Shown here piece after piece: positions 19,354 through 29,594 of a stretch of DNA of 62,026 nt. The position numbers and the translations under genes were made by a program. The notes under the pieces are model-generated. The model did not search any database. It saw nothing but the letters and a program-made list of their open reading frames with translations, and was not told where the DNA came from. Origin of the DNA: an uncultured Nitrospira sp. (GTDB taxonomy: Bacteria > Nitrospirota > Nitrospiria > Nitrospirales > Nitrospiraceae). The stretch covers positions 1 through 62,026 of the forward strand of contig CABVRR010000002.1 of the NCBI GenBank assembly GCA_902500705.1. The letters are read 5' to 3'. Numbering within the stretch: the first letter of the stretch is position 1; the number at the start of each line of letters is the position of its first letter.

Positions 19354-20205
19354 TCATCGAGAAGCCCTTAAAGGTGTATAAGCGGACTTGATAAATCGTT
19401 TGAGCGACAGACTCCAGTTCGGCAGTACGAACCCAAGTGACACCAAGCGGTCTGAACTCAATACTGAGTATGGCGGTCGCTTGGCAAGACGCCCAGCCTG
19501 CTCCGTCGAAATCGGTATAACGCAACGATCGAACCCCATTTCACGAACGATAGCTTGTGCAAACTCATACCATGTGCACTGTCCACGATTGGTAACGTGG
19601 ATCACCCCTTCCACATCTTTCTCGACTAAAGAAACAACAGCAGAAGCCAGATCCTCGGTGTACGTGGGACATCCGAATTGATCGCTCACAACCTTCAAGA
19701 CCGGCTCGCTCTGTGCGGCCCGCATAATCGACGTCACAAAATTCTTACCGCCCCTGCCATAGAGCCATGCGGTTCGAATGATAAGCGCCCTAACACCAGA
19801 CGTCAAAACCGCTTGCTCGCCCTTCCATTTTGACAATCCATATCGGTTGATCGGACAAGGACGATCATCTTCACGATATGGTATGTGCTGCATTCCATCA
19901 AACACATAATCCGTAGAGATGTATATAAGGCGGGATCCGAGTCTGACAGCGGCACGTGCAATGGACTCCGTTCCCTTGGTGTTCACTGCCATCGCAAGGT
20001 CCGGTTCTCGTTCTGCCCCATCCACATCGGTATAGGCTCCGGCATGGATGATCAGATCTGGGGCGGACTCGATGATCTCTTCTTCAACATTAGGGTGCGT
20101 GAGATCAAAGTCCGGTAAGTCTTTGGGGATAACGGATTCATATCCAAATGTTTTACACAGCGCACGACCCAATTGCCCGTTAGCACCAGTGAGAAGAATT
20201 CTCAT
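19354..20205 (-). CDS. rmlD: dTDP-4-dehydrorhamnose reductase
   Basis: GANGQLG, AYTDVDGAE, ISTDYVFDG, YGLSK, DQFGCPT. Confidence 0.95.
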   Translation of the reverse strand: MRILLTGANGQLGRALCKTFGYESVIPKDLPDFDLTHPNVEEEIIESAPDLIIHAGAYTDVDGAEREPDLAMAVNTKGTESIARAAVRLGSRLIYISTDYVFDGMQHIPYREDDRPCPINRYGLSKWKGEQAVLTSGVRALIIRTAWLYGRGGKNFVTSIMRAAQSEPVLKVVSDQFGCPTYTEDLASAVVSLVEKDVEGVIHVTNRGQCTWYEFAQAIVREMGFDRCVIPISTEQAGRLAKRPPYSVLSSDRLVSLGFVLPNWSLSLKRFIKSAYTPLRASR

Positions 20206-20289
20206 ATCGGCAATGGACCTGATCAGGGCAAGCATACCGACGGAGCGCTCAGCGGCATCCGACGAGTCTATTTCGAGGCAATGCTCACT

Positions 20290-21306
20290 TTACCCGGCTT
20301 GCTGCAACCGTCTGCCGTACACTTGTTCATAATACTCCCGGAACGCTCCGGACTTGATGGGGCGCCACCAAGATTCATGTTCTCGATACCATTGAACGGT
20401 TGAGCGCAACCCTTCATCAAATGGCACAATCGGGCGCCATCCGAGCTGACGGAGTCTCCCACTGTCAACCGCATATCGTCGGTCATGACCGGGACGGTCC
20501 GACACGAAGCGAAGCAAGCTCTTGGGTTTACCAAGATATGCAAGAATCTCCTCGGCAACCACGATATTTTCCCGCTCATTCCCCCCACCGATATTGTACA
20601 CAGTCCCCGGCTCTCCATGAAAAAAGACCTGCTCGATCCCGGCACAATGGTCTTCGACGGCAAGCCAATCACGACGATATTGACCGTCGCCATATAGCGG
20701 CAACGGCTGCTCATCAATGGCATTCGTCACAAAAAGAGGAATAAATTTTTCCGGATACTGGTTGGATCCATAGGTATTGCTGCCCCTCGTTACCATCACT
20801 GGAAAATGATAGGTCGTCCAGTAACTCAATACGAGAAAATCTCCCCCTGCTTTGCTGGCCGAGTAAGGGCTTCGCGGCTGCACACGGTCCTCTTCCGTCG
20901 ACAGACCGGACTCAACACTGCCGTACACCTCATCCGTGCTGACTTGCAAAAACCGCTTCACCCCGTCCTGTCGCCCTTTTTCAAGCAACACACCCGTCCC
21001 GACCACATCCGTACGCGCAAAGCTTTCTGGGTCAAGAATCGAACGATCGACATGCGTCTCTGCCGCGCAATTAATGATGCCTTCGATTCGATATTGGCGA
21101 AGCACAGATGAAACCAACGCTCCATCGCAAATGTCCCCATAGACAAATGCGTACCCCGGCTGCTGGCTTACCGTGTTCAGATTGGTCAGGTTTCCAGAAT
21201 AGCGGAGCGCATCGAAGTTGACGACCTGATGCTGTCCGGAGGACAGCAAACGTCGGACAAGGTGAGACCCAATGAAACCTGCACCACCCGTAACAAGGAT
21301 ACGCAT
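20290..21306 (-). CDS. rmlB: dTDP-glucose 4,6-dehydratase
   Basis: GGAGFIGS, AAETHVDRSI, STDEVYG, PYSASKA, DRPGHDRRY. Confidence 0.96.
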   Translation of the reverse strand: MRILVTGGAGFIGSHLVRRLLSSGQHQVVNFDALRYSGNLTNLNTVSQQPGYAFVYGDICDGALVSSVLRQYRIEGIINCAAETHVDRSILDPESFARTDVVGTGVLLEKGRQDGVKRFLQVSTDEVYGSVESGLSTEEDRVQPRSPYSASKAGGDFLVLSYWTTYHFPVMVTRGSNTYGSNQYPEKFIPLFVTNAIDEQPLPLYGDGQYRRDWLAVEDHCAGIEQVFFHGEPGTVYNIGGGNERENIVVAEEILAYLGKPKSLLRFVSDRPGHDRRYAVDSGRLRQLGWRPIVPFDEGLRSTVQWYREHESWWRPIKSGAFREYYEQVYGRRLQQAG

Positions 21307-22046
21307 CTACGCTGCCATATTGAGGTTATTGGCGCCGGTTTGACCGACCAACTGATTGGCCAAATAGAGAGACTCGATGGTGCCGGCATCCGTCCACCAT
21401 CCTTGCAGCAGATCCCAAGTCAACATTCCAGCTTTGATATACGCGTTGTTGACGTCGGTAATTTCCAGCTCCCCTCTAGCCGACGGTTTGAGTGAACGGA
21501 TGAATTCGAATACTTGTGGGTCATAGAAATACATGCCCGTGACGGCATACGGTGATCGAGGATGGAATGGTTTTTCTTCTATCTTGACGACACGTTTGCC
21601 TTCCAAAACCGGCACGCCAAACCGCTGCGGATCTTGACTTCTTTGAGGAGAATCTTTGCTCCTTTCGGCTGACGGCGAAAACAATCCGCTGCCTTGGCAA
21701 TATCTCCCTGAATAATGTTATCGCCCAATACCACGCAGATTGACTCTCCATCGGCAAAGTGCTCGGCCAACCGCAGCGCATCGGCAATGCCCCCTTCGCC
21801 TTCTTGATAGGTATAGTTGAGATGCTTGAGTCCGAACTCTTTCCCGTTCCCCAGCAGTTTCAAAAAGTCTCCAGCGTTGTTTCCTCCTGTCACCAACATG
21901 ATTTCTTCCACACCCGCATTGACCAGCGCCTGAATCGGATAATAGATCATCGGCCGGTCATACACCGGAAGCAGGTGTTTGTTTGTCACCTTAGTGAGAG
22001 GCAATAACCTGGTCCCTAGTCCGCCTGCCAGCACAACACCTTTCAC
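21307..22046 (-). pseudogene. rmlA: Glucose-1-phosphate thymidylyltransferase (RmlA/SpsI-like short form), split by an apparent 1-nt deletion near 21634; pseudogene or sequencing error
   Basis: N-half GVVLAGGLGTRLLPLT...KILLKEVK (ORF 21579-22046) and C-half DPQRFGV...IEEKP...SARGELEITD...WTDAGT (ORF 21307-21684) are in different frames; span is 740 nt, one short of 3n. Confidence 0.88.
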
Positions 22047-22164
22047 GACGACACCTTCCCGTTTAGAAGTAGGTTCTCCGTTGCTCTTATCAGTTGCGCC
22101 CGATTAGAACCGTACGGGTTGACGATAACATGAAGGAGGATAATCGGCACTTGATATGTAAAAA

Positions 22165-24060
22165 CTACGACGTACGCTGAGAGAGGTTCGATTGAAAGCT
22201 CGGCACGAACTGCTTGAGGTCCTGAAGCAGTTCCTCTTCGTCGCTGTTCGGTAAGTTGACTTGCAATAACTCCAGCCAATCGTGGAGCTCCGCCATGGGG
22301 ACAGTAGTTCCGATGGCTCGTTGAATTTTGGGATGGGCAGTCGGTTCAACCTGCTCACGCTCTTCAAACAATTCTTCGTACAGCTTTTCTCCGGGTCGTA
22401 GACCGCTGAACACGATGTCGATGTCTTTGCCCGGAACCAGACCGGCCAGCACGATCATGTTCCGAGCCAAATCAACGACTCTGATTTGCTCGCCCATATC
22501 AAGGACAAATACTTCTCCCCCTTGCCCGATGACACTCGCGTGCAAGACCAGCTGCACGGCTTCCGGAATCGTCATGAAAAACCGCTTGATCTCTGGATGG
22601 GTCACCGTGACCGGCCCCCCTTTGCGGATCTGTTCGGCGAACAGAGGTACCACACTGCCGTTGCTTCCCAGCACATTGCCGAACCGTACGACCGTAAATT
22701 TCGTCAGCCCAGCATGGTTAAACTCCTGCATCACATGTTCCGCAACCCGCTTGGTAGCCCCCATGATACTCGATGGGTTCACGGCCTTATCCGTAGAAAT
22801 CAGGATGAAGCGATCAACACCGATCTTCAAAGATGCCTCTGCCACCACACGAGTACCCAGGATATTGTTACGGATCGCCTCCTTCGGGTTCATCTCCATA
22901 AGCGGAACGTGTTTATGCGCGGCAGCGTGAAACACAATATCGGGATGGGTCTGGTGAAATACTTCCGAGACCCGATCCGGCACCGTTACATCTCCGATGA
23001 CCGGAAGGATCTTGAGTGCCGGAAACTCCGCCTGCAGCTCCAACATGAGTGCATGAAGGGCGTTTTCATATCGCTCGAAGAGGACCAAGGAGTGGGGGTG
23101 ATACTGCGCGATCTGCCGACATAACTCTGATCCGATCGAACCTCCTGCTCCAGTAACAAGCAGCGTCTTTCCGGATATGAAGGGAGAGAGCTCTTGACGG
23201 TCCGTCTGGATCGGCTCACGCTGGAGCAGATCATCCAATTTCATTGGCCGCACCTGGTGCAATGAGACCGGATCACCCAAAAGCTGCTTGATGTCGGGAA
23301 GAGTCTTGATCGGGACCGCACAGCCTTCCGACGCCACCAGAATCTTTTGCTTCACCGTCGTGGAGCCCGAGGGAATGGCCACGATCATCTCCTCTGCGCC
23401 CAGACGCTCCGCCACCGTCTTGATCTCGTCGATCGTTCCCACAACCGGTATACCGTGAATCTTCATCTTGCGTTTGACGGGATCATCGTCGATAAACCCG
23501 ATCGGCAGGCTGTTATAATCGGCATCTGCCATCATATCTCTGGCCAGAAGCTCGCCCGCATGTCCTGCGCCGATGATCAATACACGCCTAGCTGTGGGAC
23601 CAACGATCTGGAGCCACTCCCGAAACCCGCGTACAGCCAATCGAATGCCCGCCAAATACAACCCGTTCAACACACCCGTCAGCACGATGACCGATCGAGG
23701 GTACTCCTTGACCTCTCCGGCCAGATGGATGACTCCGTAAAATACCGTCACGCTGACGAGCGAGGCTCCAATGATCTTTCCTAAGTCGTACAGCCCGACA
23801 TACCGCCATAGGCCCTGCTGAATCCCAAACACCCATAAGACTGAGCCGAAACTCAGGAGAACTGCGGGTATATGGTCCCACATGACCCGTCTGTATTCAG
23901 GAGGAATATCTCCCTCAAAACGAAGCTCAAAGGCCGTCACGTTGGCCGCCAGGATTAAGAGCAACTGGATGCCAATGACGACAAATGAACGGTGCGCCAG
24001 CACCAAATTTCCGTATCGCCCGGAAACGGAGTGAAAGAGCTTCACCGTAGTCTGTTTCAT
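22165..24060 (-). CDS. Membrane-anchored UDP-GlcNAc 4,6-dehydratase (CapD/PglF/WbpM family)
   Basis: N-terminal TMs; GAGHAG; TGAGGSIGSELCRQ, HAAAHKHVP, STDKAVNP, RFGNVLGSNGSV, GLRPGEKL. Confidence 0.93.
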   Translation of the reverse strand: MKQTTVKLFHSVSGRYGNLVLAHRSFVVIGIQLLLILAANVTAFELRFEGDIPPEYRRVMWDHIPAVLLSFGSVLWVFGIQQGLWRYVGLYDLGKIIGASLVSVTVFYGVIHLAGEVKEYPRSVIVLTGVLNGLYLAGIRLAVRGFREWLQIVGPTARRVLIIGAGHAGELLARDMMADADYNSLPIGFIDDDPVKRKMKIHGIPVVGTIDEIKTVAERLGAEEMIVAIPSGSTTVKQKILVASEGCAVPIKTLPDIKQLLGDPVSLHQVRPMKLDDLLQREPIQTDRQELSPFISGKTLLVTGAGGSIGSELCRQIAQYHPHSLVLFERYENALHALMLELQAEFPALKILPVIGDVTVPDRVSEVFHQTHPDIVFHAAAHKHVPLMEMNPKEAIRNNILGTRVVAEASLKIGVDRFILISTDKAVNPSSIMGATKRVAEHVMQEFNHAGLTKFTVVRFGNVLGSNGSVVPLFAEQIRKGGPVTVTHPEIKRFFMTIPEAVQLVLHASVIGQGGEVFVLDMGEQIRVVDLARNMIVLAGLVPGKDIDIVFSGLRPGEKLYEELFEEREQVEPTAHPKIQRAIGTTVPMAELHDWLELLQVNLPNSDEEELLQDLKQFVPSFQSNLSQRTS

Positions 24061-25172
24061 ACGCAACCGAGGGTTGGAATGCGGAACGCACTACGTTCTG
24101 CCAGCATTGTTTCAACGGCTTGAATCACACGATTCACGGATAACTGTTGCAGACAATCGCTCAAGCTATTGATATGGCGGTCGCAGCCTTCGCTCAAACA
24201 GGGAACACACTCCTTTTCCCCTTGGAGGAGAAACACGTTTCCCTGCCGCTGCGACCCTTGTCGCTGCCACGGACTCTGTGTTGTTGAAGGAAAGTCTTTA
24301 GGCCAGGGGCCCCATTTCACTGGGTTTGACGGACCAAACAGCACCACGGTTGGGATACCGATCGCAGCTGCCATATGACTGACAGCCGTATCCGTCCCAA
24401 CATACAGTGCCGAGTGACTGAGAAGACACCCTAGCGCCGGCAACGTCAAGCGGCCCACAAGATTCGTGGCATCCGGCAATCCTTGGATCACTTGCCCGCA
24501 ATATGCCTTTTCGACTGACTCCATTCCGGTGACAACAACCGTCATCCCATGATCGATCAGCCACCGACCAAGAGCGACCCACCCGGCTACAGTCCATGCC
24601 TTATAGGAAAACTTTGGGGAAACGTGTAACACGGCGTAGAGTTGAGAGTCTCGCAGACGAGGAACCACGCGATGAACGGATTCTTCATCGTCAGGTCTCC
24701 AAGTGACAACGGGGGTCCCTAACGGCTTGACCGCCAGCTGCTCAAGAAGACGGAGATTCATGCTGATCGTGTGGATGTTCACGTTGTCGAACGACACCCA
24801 TTCATCAAGCAACCTTCGCTTCCACCATGATTTCTTATCGGGTAAGAGCGTGCCGACACGATAGCGACCGGCAACCCACGTGTGGAAGGTCGGGCGATCG
24901 CCGGCTAAGACTGACAGCGCAAGATCGTAGCGGCGCCACAGCGAGGAGAGCAACCGCAGATGAGGCCCGATCGGGGGCCGTTCCGCAATCGTCCACACGC
25001 GTCGGATATCTCCGTTGGCCGATACAATATCCTGAGTCCCCTCAAACACCAGCATATCGATCTGTAGATGCGGCAAGGCAGCTTTCAGAGAACGGATCAC
25101 CGGCGTCGCCAACAGCACATCGCCGATTCGACGCGTGCACACGACCAACGCACTGCGCATGTCTTGATTCAT
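24057..25172 (-). CDS. GT9 heptosyltransferase-family enzyme (RfaQ-like)
   Basis: RRIGDVLLATP, DTAVSHMAAA, LFGPS, CVPC...GC. Confidence 0.88.
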   Translation of the reverse strand: MNQDMRSALVVCTRRIGDVLLATPVIRSLKAALPHLQIDMLVFEGTQDIVSANGDIRRVWTIAERPPIGPHLRLLSSLWRRYDLALSVLAGDRPTFHTWVAGRYRVGTLLPDKKSWWKRRLLDEWVSFDNVNIHTISMNLRLLEQLAVKPLGTPVVTWRPDDEESVHRVVPRLRDSQLYAVLHVSPKFSYKAWTVAGWVALGRWLIDHGMTVVVTGMESVEKAYCGQVIQGLPDATNLVGRLTLPALGCLLSHSALYVGTDTAVSHMAAAIGIPTVVLFGPSNPVKWGPWPKDFPSTTQSPWQRQGSQRQGNVFLLQGEKECVPCLSEGCDRHINSLSDCLQQLSVNRVIQAVETMLAERSAFRIPTLGCV

Positions 25173-25216
25173 CTCTCAATCCGCCTATCACCACCGGAGT
25201 GACGACCGATCGACAT

Positions 25217-26032
25217 CTAGCCCCTCCCGTGTCGATCAAGCCCAATGGCCGCTCGAACAGTCGTCGAACGCAACAGATCATCCAACCGCTGTTGATTGTC
25301 AGGTAATCTCAGACGATCCTCTTCAGGATGCCATAAATGAAATGCCGTTGCAGCCAAGCGCGCATTCTTATGTTTTACCCCGGCATGGAGCAACCGAATC
25401 ACCAAGTCGGAATCTTCCAGCCCCCAGCCTTCGTACGATTCATCCAGTCCATTCACACGGACCAGATCTGTCCGCCACGCGGAGAGATTACAGGTCTTGA
25501 TGCCTTTCCAGCGATGAGGCGCCCATTTTCTGAGTGGCGCATCGGGCAGTCGTATCAGCGGGAGCACCCGATTGACTTCGCGCCGGAACCAGAATTGCAC
25601 CCAATCAATTCCGCTCCACGCATGAATCGGGAGCTGTTGACTCAGCACACGGCTCGTCAACTCGGCCGAGAGCAACACACGGTTCGCGCCGAGAAAGTAC
25701 CCAGGCTCAGCAAGTTGCTTGTGGGTACGAACAAAATGGCGCGAAGGGACACAATCTCCGTCCGTAAACACGACATAGTCGGCATCCGTCGATGCGACGG
25801 CACGATTGCGAATCGCTGCAGCACGAAACCCTTGGTCTTCCTGCCAAATATGCGTCAGCGGAAACGGTGCGCGCCGCACAAAGTGTTGCACGACTTCAGC
25901 CGTCTCGTTTGTCGATCCATCATCCGCAACGACAAGCTCAAAACCCTGATCGCTTTGACCGCAGTAGCCTTCCAGAACAGCCGCCAGCGCATCCGGACGA
26001 TTGTAGGTCGTCACGATCACCGCTGTTTTCAT
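25217..26032 (-). CDS. GT2 glycosyltransferase (LPS core)
   Basis: VTTYNRP, ADDGS, FTDGD, GWGLEDSD. Confidence 0.9.
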   Translation of the reverse strand: MKTAVIVTTYNRPDALAAVLEGYCGQSDQGFELVVADDGSTNETAEVVQHFVRRAPFPLTHIWQEDQGFRAAAIRNRAVASTDADYVVFTDGDCVPSRHFVRTHKQLAEPGYFLGANRVLLSAELTSRVLSQQLPIHAWSGIDWVQFWFRREVNRVLPLIRLPDAPLRKWAPHRWKGIKTCNLSAWRTDLVRVNGLDESYEGWGLEDSDLVIRLLHAGVKHKNARLAATAFHLWHPEEDRLRLPDNQQRLDDLLRSTTVRAAIGLDRHGRG

Positions 26033-26826
26033 GTTGACGATGAGTCACGGCGGTGAAGAGGCCCTTGCTTGGGCAGCGACCACCTCTCTTGCTGTTCGAA
26101 TCGTTTGGCATACCGATAAAACGTGCCCTCGAAATTTCCGAAGGCAATCACAAACCCCGGCCAGCCGTCCAGAAACCCGCGCTTCGCCACATAATGCTTC
26201 AGGAACGACCAGATGGCATGCAATAAGGCAGTCCTCATCGACACGCGCCGCTCAGCGAGCTTCTGCACTCCCAGCGACGAGTAACGGTTTGCTTTTTTAA
26301 CGACCTCTTCAAAGTCTCTGAACGGGATTTGCCAGATCGCACGTTCCAACCGACCGACCGGCTTGGCCGTCAGCAATTCATACCCCTCATGGACAGGAGA
26401 TTCCACATATTTCATGGCTCCCTGTCGAAACAATTGTGGCTGGCGGAAATTTGGATACCAGCCGGAATGCTCAATCCAGCGGCCCATGAAGTAATTTCGC
26501 CTCGGCACGAGGTACGCATCATGCGCGGGAGTACCGGACAGCATCATGAGGATTTCGTCGCGAACCTCCGGTGTGCATTGCTCGTCTGTGTCGAGACTGA
26601 AAATCCATTCATGCGTACAGGCCTTCATGGCCTGATTACGCAGGTGGCCGAACCCCTGAAACGGAACCTGAACGACACGGGCTCCCAAATCCTGCGCGAT
26701 CTGAGCTGTCTCGTCGGTGCTTGCCGAGTCAGCCACGATGATTTCGTCAGCCCAGAGCACACTGTTGATCGTATCAGCGATCTTCTTCGCCTCGTTGTAG
26801 GCAATGATATAGGCAGAAATACTCAT
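26029..26826 (-). CDS. GT2 glycosyltransferase (WaaE/LgtF-like)
   Basis: IAYNE, DSASTDET, WIFSLDTDE, VHE, GFLDGWPG. Confidence 0.9.
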   Translation of the reverse strand: MSISAYIIAYNEAKKIADTINSVLWADEIIVADSASTDETAQIAQDLGARVVQVPFQGFGHLRNQAMKACTHEWIFSLDTDEQCTPEVRDEILMMLSGTPAHDAYLVPRRNYFMGRWIEHSGWYPNFRQPQLFRQGAMKYVESPVHEGYELLTAKPVGRLERAIWQIPFRDFEEVVKKANRYSSLGVQKLAERRVSMRTALLHAIWSFLKHYVAKRGFLDGWPGFVIAFGNFEGTFYRYAKRFEQQERWSLPKQGPLHRRDSSST

Positions 26827-28136
26827 GTCAACACATCCGATCGCGAATCAGTCCCGGAATACATGAGACCGGCGAACAGGCAGTAAAACAGTTTCTCGGT
26901 ATGGTCATTGAGCGCAGGTTGAAACAGGCAACCGATTGCAATGGTGATCACCAACCCCTTGGCAAGCAGTCCAGAAGTCACATCACCGACAACAGAGGTC
27001 AATCGCCATTGCCGCACAAAGAGCCAGAGCACTAGGCAGAGCCCGATGACACCGACTTGTACCGTGACGAGGAGGTATTGATTATGAGGATGAGTCGGAA
27101 CAGGCAAGCCGATTGTCTGCACACGCTCAGTATAAGCTTGTTTGAACCCTCCGGTACCGACGCCTATCAGCGGATGCTCCTGAATGATTGCAACGGTGTG
27201 ATAAAAAAACTCCATCCGCTCGGTCACTCCATCGTACGTAACTGCCTGAGGGCTCCATTCTGTGACACCGGTGACAACAAGATCGATCCGATCACGGAAC
27301 GATGTAGATATCTGATAGGCCATCGAAAAGGTTAGACCAAGCGCGACGACTGCCGCCACCATACCTCGCCACCCGTAATACATATGGAAGGCCACGATGG
27401 CAAGACCGGCTAATACTATATAGCCTGTTCGGCCTTGCACCATCAGCAAAACATTGCTTGCGGCTAGACATGCAACCCCTGCCCAGCTCCATCGCACCCA
27501 CTGATGGGAAGACCTCCAGGCCAACACCCCAAACAACAGGACACCGAATGCCATGAGTAGGTTGTGGGTGGTGTGTTTTTTAAATACACACGGGTTAGAC
27601 GGTTCACAGACAGGGTGATAATTACTAGGGACACAAGGGATCGATGGATCACAAGGTATTTGCTTTTTCAATAGACACGGATTGAAAGGATCACAATGAA
27701 TGAGCCCTCCGGTTGGAAGGATCCCCACGCTCAAAGCGAAAGACAGCACTAACGTCAGAACCAACGAGGCTGCCAAGGCGATGATTGCGTACCGACGTTC
27801 TTGAACACTGATCGCCATCGAAATCACTAGCGGAATGAGCAAGAGATCAGCGTACTTTTTGACCGCCAGCAGCCGTTCCTCCGCAGAACCCATCCCCCAC
27901 AAGGATCCAACCAGCAGCCATCCGAAGAGCAGGAGGGCGCTTAGCGCCACAGGACTCGCTTTGATCCGACGAATCCGTTCTTTCCATTCTCCACTAGCGA
28001 GCCAACATCCGATAAGCACGGCGATCAGAACACCGTCCGCCACCACCCAAATGGGAATAGTGAACCCAAGTGCGGTCGTCGTCCACCCAGCCGCTCGTCT
28101 CGCCTCAAACTGGAGCCCACCGAATCGATAGGCCAT
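26823..28136 (-). CDS. waaL: O-antigen ligase family (WaaL-like) membrane protein with Cys-rich insertion
   Basis: Multiple TMs; GRTG, ER...P LIGVGTGGF and HPHNQYL motifs. Confidence 0.85.
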   Translation of the reverse strand: MAYRFGGLQFEARRAAGWTTTALGFTIPIWVVADGVLIAVLIGCWLASGEWKERIRRIKASPVALSALLLFGWLLVGSLWGMGSAEERLLAVKKYADLLLIPLVISMAISVQERRYAIIALAASLVLTLVLSFALSVGILPTGGLIHCDPFNPCLLKKQIPCDPSIPCVPSNYHPVCEPSNPCVFKKHTTHNLLMAFGVLLFGVLAWRSSHQWVRWSWAGVACLAASNVLLMVQGRTGYIVLAGLAIVAFHMYYGWRGMVAAVVALGLTFSMAYQISTSFRDRIDLVVTGVTEWSPQAVTYDGVTERMEFFYHTVAIIQEHPLIGVGTGGFKQAYTERVQTIGLPVPTHPHNQYLLVTVQVGVIGLCLVLWLFVRQWRLTSVVGDVTSGLLAKGLVITIAIGCLFQPALNDHTEKLFYCLFAGLMYSGTDSRSDVLT

Positions 28137-28260
28137 TACTTATCGATGGAGATGATCATGAATTTTTGAAGGGAAGGACAGGTCTTTCGTCCCATGCTCA
28201 CGGGCCTCATCTGCCGAATTCTCTTGTGATATCGCCGAAACTACTAGATCAAACTTCACG

Positions 28261-29421
28261 CTATGTCTTGACGACGACATGGGAATGGTCTTGAGCTGGA
28301 TCGGCCGGTACCTCTGTCTTCCTGCCTGATGTATGAGGACCCTGAACGGAGCGAGAAGCATTTCCATTCCGTTCCAACCTACTTACCACGCTCCCAAGTA
28401 GAAAGAACATGCTGGCCCACACACCAAGAATCACGAGTTTCCCTTGGTCCGTCGAGTGATGATACAGAACGGCTAGCCCTCCGCACAGCATCATGACTCC
28501 ATACTCTGCAAGCACGGCCTGGCGATGGCTCCATCCACTCAGAACCAATCGTTGATAATAATGCTCCCGGTGAGCTTGCCAGATTTTCTTGCGGCGGAGC
28601 ATCCGTCGCATCAAGGTCACAGTCGCATCCACGATGAACGGAGAAAAAATAATGACCGGTACCCATATCTCGAATATTCCGTCGCGAACTCCAAGGAGCA
28701 TCAAGGTTCCTGCTAAAAATCCGATCGTGATGCTTCCCGCATCACCCATAAAGATCCGTGCAGGTGGGAAATTATGGAGAAGAAACCCTAGAGCGCCCAT
28801 CGCGACGAACGTGGCAATAATGAGCATGACCTGAAAATGAGCCTGCCATCCAAAATAGGCGAGAAACCCGAATCCAAAAAATGTCATTCCACCCGCGAAA
28901 CCGTCCATGCCGTCCATAAAGTTGTACAGGTTCGCCATCCACAGAAGGACCAAGACGCTCACCGGAATCGCTGCCATTCCAAGCATGATGGTCGGCCCCT
29001 CGGGTATCGGAATGGACGACAACGTCAACCCAACCCCCCCGACAATGATGCATGCGGAGAGGACTTGGACGCCTAATCGGAGGACAACGGGAAGACCGAT
29101 ACAGTCATCAATGAAGGACACGGTAAAAATAAGGAGCATGGCGCCCACGATCCATACACTTCCTGAGGCCAGCCCCTTGGGCAATACAGGCTTTGACGGC
29201 TGAGCGATGGCAAGAACACTCGCAGCTGCCACGAGCGCAAGAATGACGCTGGAAATGATGGCCAGCCCTCCAGTCTGCGGAGTCGGCAGGGAATGCAAGG
29301 TTCGTTCGTTGGGATGCGCAAGGATGAAGAGAACTGCTTTCGGCGAACATAACCGGTTGGTGAGCCACCAGGCTAATACGAAAGCAAAAATTCCTGGGAG
29401 GATGACCATCACAATCGACAT
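28261..29421 (-). CDS. Polyprenyl-phosphate HexNAc-1-phosphate transferase (WecA/WbpL, MraY-like)
   Basis: PNERTLH..PTP..GG, FIDD, NLYNFMDGMDG, NFPPARIFMGDAGS, AHREHYYQRL. Confidence 0.92.
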   Translation of the reverse strand: MSIVMVILPGIFAFVLAWWLTNRLCSPKAVLFILAHPNERTLHSLPTPQTGGLAIISSVILALVAAASVLAIAQPSKPVLPKGLASGSVWIVGAMLLIFTVSFIDDCIGLPVVLRLGVQVLSACIIVGGVGLTLSSIPIPEGPTIMLGMAAIPVSVLVLLWMANLYNFMDGMDGFAGGMTFFGFGFLAYFGWQAHFQVMLIIATFVAMGALGFLLHNFPPARIFMGDAGSITIGFLAGTLMLLGVRDGIFEIWVPVIIFSPFIVDATVTLMRRMLRRKKIWQAHREHYYQRLVLSGWSHRQAVLAEYGVMMLCGGLAVLYHHSTDQGKLVILGVWASMFFLLGSVVSRLERNGNASRSVQGPHTSGRKTEVPADPAQDHSHVVVKT

Positions 29422-29594
29422 ACCGGCATTACGACATCGTCATAACTCTGCCTCTTGAAGAAGGGCTCCACTTCGACTCATCAGAAACCCTCTTGTTCAT
29501 TGGGCAGGTTGTATGCCCCATTTGCACGTTGAAATCAAGATATACGAACCTTCGAATACGGATGTAGTCCAAGCGCTCATCCGACTGAGCTGCC

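Noticed and set aside
25337-26056. Long antisense ORFs (also 831-1415, 22328-23124, 33014-33691, 47715-48368, 60887-61711)
   Set aside because: They are shadows of well-supported genes on the opposite strand and have no recognisable motifs
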